A stretch of 64,000 nt of DNA, taken from NCBI GenBank assembly GCA_963768655.1, contig CAVYIM010000009.1:32001-96000 (forward strand), written 5' to 3'. The DNA comes from an uncultured Chloroflexia bacterium (GTDB taxonomy: Bacteria > Chloroflexota > Limnocylindria > Limnocylindrales > CSP1-4). The notes below the pieces were generated by a model, which was not told the origin of the DNA, did not search any database, and saw only the letters and a list, made by a program, of their open reading frames with translations. Positions 55,326 through 64,000 of this stretch are shown here, in pieces. How positions within the stretch are numbered: the first letter of the stretch is position 1; each line of letters begins with the position of its first letter. A program made the translations under genes and the position numbers.

Positions 55326-55469
55326 CGATCCCCTGAGAGGTCGCCGCGCCCGCAAATCGGACACCCCCGACGACCACTTCCCAAAGTCTGCGATCTGTGC
55401 GAGACGACTGCAAGAGCCGATTTCGACCCACCCCGCCTGCCGGCGGCACGCGGCCGAAGACCGCCGTTC

Positions 55470-56033
55470 CTACGTGGCCGCGTCCCATTGGGCGTGGTAT
55501 CGGGCCACGCCCGAGGCGCCCCGCATGGCGGCCCAGTCCATGACCAGCACCATGAAGGCCTCGTCCGGAACGTTCCACTGACATCGGATCCCATGCCCGG
55601 AAGCCTTCTCGAATCCGAAGCGCGGATAGTAGGCTGGGTGCCCCAGCACGACGACAAACGGGCACGCTGTCTCTCGAATTGCGGCCAGGCCGGCGGACGC
55701 GAGCTCGGTCCCGATTCCGCGACGCTGCCACTCGGGCAGCACGGCCAGTGGCGCCAGTCCCATGCCCCAGAGGACCCCGCCGTCCGCGGCTTCGAGCGCG
55801 ACCGGGCTGAAGAAGATGTGGCCGACCACGTGACCCTCGGCCACCGCCACGAAAGAGACGAGCCCCTCGCAGACCCCGCGCAACTGTTCGATTACGGCGC
55901 CTTCGTTGGGCCGGCCGAATGCCCGGTCGTTGACGTTGCGGATCGCGAGGATGTCTTCGGGTCTCTCACGACGGATCTCGGCCAACGCTTCGCTCGCTCC
56001 TGGTTGTCCCGCTTCGGAGCTGGCCGGCTCCAT
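55470..56033 (-). CDS. GNAT N-acetyltransferase (YhbS-like)
   Basis: IRRERPED, VVGHIFFSP, LAPLAVLPEWQRRGIG, VVLGHPAYYPRFGF. Confidence 0.92.
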   Translation of the reverse strand: MEPASSEAGQPGASEALAEIRRERPEDILAIRNVNDRAFGRPNEGAVIEQLRGVCEGLVSFVAVAEGHVVGHIFFSPVALEAADGGVLWGMGLAPLAVLPEWQRRGIGTELASAGLAAIRETACPFVVVLGHPAYYPRFGFEKASGHGIRCQWNVPDEAFMVLVMDWAAMRGASGVARYHAQWDAAT

Positions 56034-56181
56034 TCAGGGTTGCCTCAGCCCGACGGTGCATTATCGACATCACTGCGGCGCCTGCGTGTTGGCGACGGCA
56101 ACAGCGTGCCCGCCCTTCGTGCCGGGCCGGCCCACTGTACGCAACCGTCGCAAGATATACGGTTCCCACTCAGGCAATAGA

Positions 56182-56212
56182 CTTGACAACGGCGTTGTCA
56201 AGGTTCTATGGT
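56182..56212 (+). promoter_or_regulatory. Heat-shock operon promoter with HAIR-like operator
   Basis: Perfect IR CTTGACAAC-GGC-GTTGTCAAG (56182-56202) overlapping -35 TTGACA; -10 TATGGT at 56207-56212 (18-bp spacer). Confidence 0.8.
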
Positions 56213-56292
56213 CCCAGTGCGTCGTTCGGTCGGTCGGTCAGGCCCGCTGTGGGCCGCCAGATAATCAGGACCCGGCCGGTTGGAGGTGCACG

Positions 56293-56778
56293 ATGACGCT
56301 CATTCGCCGCTCTTCGGCCCCCTTCGGAGACCTGCTCTCGCTGCGTCAGGCGATGGACCGCCTGTTCGAGGAGAGCTTCGTCAACCCGCGAACGTGGAGT
56401 TGGGGCGAGCACCAGCTCGTCGCGCTCGATGTCTACGCCACGGACCAGGATCTCCTGATCGAGGCCAACCTCCCCGGCGTGAAGCCGGAGGAGGTCGACA
56501 TCACCGTCGAGGGCAATACCCTGACGATCGCCGGCGAAACCCGCTCCAGCCGCAAGGACGAGGAGGGTTCGACGCTGATCCAGGAGATCCGCCGCGGCAC
56601 GTTCAGCAGGACGCTGACCCTGCCCGACGGCCTTGAGGCAGACAAGGCAACGGCCACGTTCGAGGATGGCGTGCTCACCCTTCGCATCCCCAAGGCCGAA
56701 CAGGTCAAGCCGCGCCAGATCAAGATCACCTCCGGCGATGGCCAGCATACGCAGCCGGCTGCGGTCGGGACGAAGTAG
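56293..56778 (+). CDS. Hsp20/alpha-crystallin small heat-shock protein
   Basis: LRQAMDRLFEE, LDVY, LPGVKPEEVDI, RGTFSRTLTLP, ATFEDGVLTLRIPK; SD GGAGG. Confidence 0.95.
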   Translation: MTLIRRSSAPFGDLLSLRQAMDRLFEESFVNPRTWSWGEHQLVALDVYATDQDLLIEANLPGVKPEEVDITVEGNTLTIAGETRSSRKDEEGSTLIQEIRRGTFSRTLTLPDGLEADKATATFEDGVLTLRIPKAEQVKPRQIKITSGDGQHTQPAAVGTK

Positions 56779-56785
56779 GCCGGCG

Positions 56786-57319
56786 GTGTCCGATCGACGT
56801 TTCCAGCGAGACCCGGAGCGCCCGTGCTTCGTGATCAGCGTCGCGGCCGGTCTGGTTCAGGCCCACCCGCGCACGCTGCGGATCTACGAGGACGAGGGCC
56901 TGCTCTCGCCCGCGCGAACGCCGACGAACATCCGTCTCTACTCCGAGAACGACATCCGGCGCATCCTCTGGATCAGGCGCCTGACTCAAGAGAGAGGCGT
57001 CAACCTCGCCGGCGTCAAGCTGCTGTTCGAGCTCGAGGAGAGACTCCAGACTCGAATCCTGGAGGCTCTCTTCGACGACAACCAGGCTCGAGAGGCCGGT
57101 GCGGCCGCCGCGGCGCGACAGCCTCAATCCGGTGAATCCACCGAGACACAGAACCATCGCGCTGCCGAAACCCCTTCCGATGGAGATGGCTTCGGCGACT
57201 CGGAGGACGGCCGGACCGCCGGCCAGGCCCGATGGCCGGCGCAACCGACCAGACTTCCCATCACACGTATAGTGGCCACCCGCGCAACCACGACTCGATC
57301 AGGAGACTCCAATGACTGA
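56786..57319 (+). CDS. hspR: MerR-family heat-shock repressor, HspR-like
   Basis: PCFVISVAAGLVQAHPRTLRIYEDEGLLSPART..RLYSENDI..LTQERGVNLAGV; located inside a chaperone operon. Confidence 0.88.
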   Translation: MSDRRFQRDPERPCFVISVAAGLVQAHPRTLRIYEDEGLLSPARTPTNIRLYSENDIRRILWIRRLTQERGVNLAGVKLLFELEERLQTRILEALFDDNQAREAGAAAAARQPQSGESTETQNHRAAETPSDGDGFGDSEDGRTAGQARWPAQPTRLPITRIVATRATTTRSGDSND

Positions 57320-59840
57320 CCGGCCGGCCGAACAGGACGACGAGCTCGTCCAGGACGGCGAGGACCCCAAAACCGAAGAACAGCAGGTCCACGTGTCGGG
57401 CGTTCGGGAACTCCCCCTCGTTGCCTTGCGAGAGACGGTCATCTTCCCCGAGATGATCGTGCCGCTCCAGGTTGGGCGGGACAAGAGCGTTGCCGCGCTC
57501 AACGCGGCCACGGCCGCGAGCGGCCCGATCGCCCTCGTCACCCAGATTGAGGCGGAACGCGAGGAGATCGAGGATCCGAAGGAGCTCTATTCCGTCGGAA
57601 CGCTGGCCAAGATCGCCCAGGTCGTGCAGCTCCAGGACGGGACCGTCCGGGCCATCGTCCAGGGCCAGGGCCGGCTCAAGGTCCTGGAGTTCGTCCAGAC
57701 CAGCCCCTACATCATCGTGCGCGTCGAAGAGCTTCCGGACGTGACGCCCGAAGGCATCGAAGTCCAGGCCCTTATGCGCACGGTCCAGGCCCAGATCGAG
57801 CAGTACGTTGCCAACGGCGCGCCCGTGCCGCCGGAGGCGGCGGTGGCCGCCCGCAATATCAGCGAGCCCGGCCTCCTGGCCGACATGGTCGCCTACAGCC
57901 CCGATCTCTCGACGGAGCAGCGGATGCAGCTTCTCGAGACGACAGACGTACTGGAGCGACTCAAGATCGTCTCCAACTTCCTGGGCCGCCAGATCGAGAT
58001 CCTGGAGCTGAAGGGCAAGATTCAGTCCGAGGTCAAGTCCGAGATGGACAAGACCCAGCGGGAGTACATCCTGCGCGAGCAGCTGAAGGCCATTCAGCGG
58101 GAGCTCGGCGAAGACGACCCTCAGCAGGCCGAGATCAACGAGCTGCGGGAGAAGGTCGAGGCTGCCGGAATGCCCGAGGAAGTCAAGTCCCGGGCGCTCA
58201 AGGAAATCGACCGCATGAGCCGGATCCCATCCGCCTCGCCCGAGGTCGGCGTCATCCGGACCTATGTCGACTGGCTGATCGCGCTGCCCTGGAACGTCTC
58301 CACGACGGACAACCTGGACATCAAGGCCGCGGCCAAGATCCTCGACGAGGACCACTACGGCCTGGAGAAGATCAAGGAGCGCATTCTCGAGTACCTGGCC
58401 GTTCGAAGCCTGGCCGAAACGCTGCGCAGCCCGATCCTCGCCTTCGTCGGCCCACCCGGCGTCGGCAAGACCTCGCTCGGCAAGTCGATCGCCCGGGCAA
58501 TGGGCCGCAAGTTCGTGCGCATGAGCCTGGGCGGTATTCACGACGAAGCCGAGATCCGGGGCCACCGGCGCACCTACATCGGCGCGCTGCCGGGCCGGAT
58601 CATCCAGAACGTCAAGACGGGCGGCTCGAACAATCCGGTCTTCATGCTCGACGAGGTCGACAAGATCGGCATGGACTTCCGGGGCGACCCGAGCTCGGCG
58701 CTGCTGGAGGTCCTCGACCCGGAGCAGAACAACACCTTCCAGGACAACTACCTGGAGGTGCCCTTCGACCTCACCAAGGTGCTCTTCATCACGACCGCCA
58801 ACCTGCTCGACCCGATCCCGGCGCCGCTGCGCGACCGCATGGAGGTCATCCCGCTGCCCGGCTACACGGAGACCGAGAAGATCGAGATCGGCAAGCGGTT
58901 CCTCATCCCCAAGCAGATGAAGAACCACGGCCTGTCCGAGAAGACGATCGCCATCACCGACGAGGCGATGGTCGAGATGGTCCGCTCGTACACCCACGAA
59001 GCCGGCGTGCGCAACCTGGAGCGCGAGATCGCGAATGTCATGCGCAAGGTGGCTCGGGCAGTGGCCGAGGGTCGCAAGCGCAAGACCGTCGTCGACTGCA
59101 AGAAGCTCGTCGAGTACCTCGGGCCGCAGCGCTTCGAGTATGGCGAGCTGGAGTCCGAGGACCAGATCGGTGCGGCCACCGGCCTGGTCGTGACCGAGGT
59201 CGGCGGCGACGTGATCGCCATCGAGGTCACCCTGATGGAGGGCAAGGAGGACTTCATCCTCACCGGCCAGCTGGGCGAGGTGATGCGCGAGTCGGCCCGG
59301 GCAGGTCTGTCGTGGATCCGTGCCCACGCCGCACAGCTCGGCATCAAGCGCGAAGTCTTCGAGAAGAACACCCTCCACATCCACGTTCCGGCCGGCGGCA
59401 TCCCCAAGGACGGCCCGTCGGCGGGCATCACCATGACCCTGGCTATGGTCAGCGCCTTCACGGGCATCCCGGTCCGCAAGGACGTGGCGATGACCGGCGA
59501 GATCACGCTCCGCGGCAGGGTTCTGCCGATCGGCGGCCTGAAGAGCAAGATCCTGGCCGCGCATCTGTCGGGCGCGAAGATGATCATCCTGCCGAAGAAG
59601 AACGAGAAGGATCTGCGGGACATCCCCGAGGAAATCCGCAAGCAGATCAAGCTCGTGCTGGTCGAGAACATGGAGCAGGTCCTCGACGCGGCCCTCCGGC
59701 GCAAGCCGATGCCGCTCAGCACCGAACCGGGCAAGCCCGCCGGGGGCGGCAAAGAGTCCGAGACGGAAACCGTCCCCGAAGGACGGATCCGGCCCGGTTT
59801 CCCGCCACCTCCGGTCGATCAGCCTCCCGCGATGGCATAG
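57312..59840 (+). CDS. lon: Lon protease (endopeptidase La)
   Basis: LON N-domain, [46 protein letters not shown]. Confidence 0.97.
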   Translation: MTDRPAEQDDELVQDGEDPKTEEQQVHVSGVRELPLVALRETVIFPEMIVPLQVGRDKSVAALNAATAASGPIALVTQIEAEREEIEDPKELYSVGTLAKIAQVVQLQDGTVRAIVQGQGRLKVLEFVQTSPYIIVRVEELPDVTPEGIEVQALMRTVQAQIEQYVANGAPVPPEAAVAARNISEPGLLADMVAYSPDLSTEQRMQLLETTDVLERLKIVSNFLGRQIEILELKGKIQSEVKSEMDKTQREYILREQLKAIQRELGEDDPQQAEINELREKVEAAGMPEEVKSRALKEIDRMSRIPSASPEVGVIRTYVDWLIALPWNVSTTDNLDIKAAAKILDEDHYGLEKIKERILEYLAVRSLAETLRSPILAFVGPPGVGKTSLGKSIARAMGRKFVRMSLGGIHDEAEIRGHRRTYIGALPGRIIQNVKTGGSNNPVFMLDEVDKIGMDFRGDPSSALLEVLDPEQNNTFQDNYLEVPFDLTKVLFITTANLLDPIPAPLRDRMEVIPLPGYTETEKIEIGKRFLIPKQMKNHGLSEKTIAITDEAMVEMVRSYTHEAGVRNLEREIANVMRKVARAVAEGRKRKTVVDCKKLVEYLGPQRFEYGELESEDQIGAATGLVVTEVGGDVIAIEVTLMEGKEDFILTGQLGEVMRESARAGLSWIRAHAAQLGIKREVFEKNTLHIHVPAGGIPKDGPSAGITMTLAMVSAFTGIPVRKDVAMTGEITLRGRVLPIGGLKSKILAAHLSGAKMIILPKKNEKDLRDIPEEIRKQIKLVLVENMEQVLDAALRRKPMPLSTEPGKPAGGGKESETETVPEGRIRPGFPPPPVDQPPAMA

Positions 59841-59979
59841 TCCCCGCTGCGACGGCAGCGGTAGTCTTCACAGAGCAGCCAACAGGCAACGTGGTGGCCG
59901 GCGGAAACGCCGGCCTCCGCGCGTGGCGAGCAACTGAATACGGCGTGTCGCCGGGCCCACGGCGACCGGGAGGCCGTCG

Positions 59980-61161
59980 ATGGAATACAAGGACTACTAC
60001 AAGACGTTGGGCGTGGCCCGCACGGCCACCCCGGCGGACATCAAGAAGGCGTACAGGCGGCTGGCCCGCGAGCTTCACCCTGACCGGAATCCCGGCGACA
60101 AGACCGCCGAGCGAAGGTTCAAGGACGTCAACGAGGCGCACGAGGTGCTGGCCGATCCGAAGAAGCGCCAACAGTACGACATGCTCGGCTCGAACTGGGA
60201 CCAGTACGCCAGGGCCGGCGGCCCGGGGGCGGGGGCGACCGGCAGTCCCTTCGGGGCCGGCGCCGGAGATCCATTTGGGCCGGGCGGTCCGTTCGCGGGC
60301 TACGCCGGCCAGGGGGGCGGCGGCAACGTCCGCTACGAATTCCACTCGGCCGGGTCGGAGGACTTCTCCGACTTCTTCCGGATGTTCTTCGGGGGCGCCG
60401 ATGCCGCGGCCGCTGCGGGCGGGGCACGGGCCGCGACGAGCACGGCCCAACCCGCCGGCCCCGCATCCGAGCGGTCCGCCCGCGGCAAGCCGGCCGGCGG
60501 GACACGGCGGGGCAACCCGCTGGAGGATCTGCTGGGGCGACTCCACAGCGACGGGGCCGGGGCCACTGCTACGCAGGCGGGTACGCGGCCGGTCACGCGC
60601 GGTCAGGACGGCGACGGCCGGGCCGCGGGGCGCGGCGTACGCCACGGCGACGACATGGACGTGGAAATCGACCTGAGCCTGGAGGAAGCCTTCCACGGTT
60701 CGGCGCGGCTCGTCCAGGTCGGCGATCGACGTCTGGAGGTCAAGGTTCCACGCGGCGTGGAGACGGGCAGCAAGATCCGCCTCCGCGGCAAGGCCGGCTT
60801 GGGCCCGGACTCCGGCGACCTGTACCTGGTCACGAAGATACGGCCCCACCCGGTCTTCACGCGAAGCGGGGCGGACCTGACTCGCGAGCTGCCGATCACC
60901 CTCGGCGAGGCGCTGCTCGGTGGCGAGGCGGAGGTGGAGACCCTCGGCGGGCGCGTCGTGCTGAAGATCCCGCCCGGCACTCAGCAGGGCCAGACCTTCC
61001 GGCTGGCCGGCAAGGGAATGCCGCGCCTCAAAGGCGAGGGCTCGGGCGACCTCTACGCCAGGGTCAAAGTCGTCCTGCCGGGCAAGCTGGAAGGCAAGCA
61101 GCGTCAGGCCGCCGAGGAGTTCCTCCGCCAGATCGTCCAACCCAACCCACGCAAGAGCTGA
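59980..61161 (+). CDS. Class B J-domain protein (DnaJ/CbpA-like, no zinc finger)
   Basis: [17 protein letters not shown]-rich region, DnaJ C-terminal domain, no CxxCxGxG repeats. Confidence 0.93.
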   Translation: MEYKDYYKTLGVARTATPADIKKAYRRLARELHPDRNPGDKTAERRFKDVNEAHEVLADPKKRQQYDMLGSNWDQYARAGGPGAGATGSPFGAGAGDPFGPGGPFAGYAGQGGGGNVRYEFHSAGSEDFSDFFRMFFGGADAAAAAGGARAATSTAQPAGPASERSARGKPAGGTRRGNPLEDLLGRLHSDGAGATATQAGTRPVTRGQDGDGRAAGRGVRHGDDMDVEIDLSLEEAFHGSARLVQVGDRRLEVKVPRGVETGSKIRLRGKAGLGPDSGDLYLVTKIRPHPVFTRSGADLTRELPITLGEALLGGEAEVETLGGRVVLKIPPGTQQGQTFRLAGKGMPRLKGEGSGDLYARVKVVLPGKLEGKQRQAAEEFLRQIVQPNPRKS

Positions 61162-61231
61162 TGCAACCGGACCTCCGTGATCGCCCGGCGGGCACCCGGA
61201 CAGGGCCGCGAGACCCACTGAGGGAAAGCCA

Positions 61232-63979
<2,748 letters not shown>

Positions 63980-64000
63980 AGGCGCCCGGCGCGACCTCGA

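Overview
High-GC (~70% by eye) bacterial chromosomal segment. Gene content suggests Chloroflexota (inference only). From left to right: an IS256-family element interrupting a HAD hydrolase; a methyltransferase; an LCP protein flanked by two large secreted repeat proteins; an aldo/keto reductase; a DEAD-box helicase; a tRNA 3' remnant beside an RHH-PIN toxin-antitoxin pair; an MBL hydrolase; and UvrD2. Next is a nickel-pincer (NPN) cluster: larC, larB, larE and a LarA-superfamily enzyme with gluconokinase, an IolB-like isomerase and a mannonate-oxidoreductase-like SDR, split by a second TA pair. This is followed by ArsR/DUF2087, a SpoIID-like protein, a thioesterase, a PD-(D/E)XK-like protein, an ECF sigma/beta-propeller pair, an SDR, an unusual chemoreceptor and a LacI-sensor hybrid kinase. 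Then come acyP, holB, a NYN nuclease with a long disordered tail, the hpt region, csoR with its operator, DnaA-box-like sites before rsmG, a KimA-like/USP/TrkA operon, DMT and GNAT genes, and a heat-shock operon hsp20-hspR-lon-dnaJ-clpB. Best novelty candidates: (1) a self-contained NPN-dependent hexuronate/mannonate-to-gluconate route; (2) an MCP with an apparently circularly permuted RbsB-type sugar-binding domain in its cytoplasmic part; (3) a variant HAIR operator and several structured leaders. All family calls come from motif recognition by eye; no database search was run.
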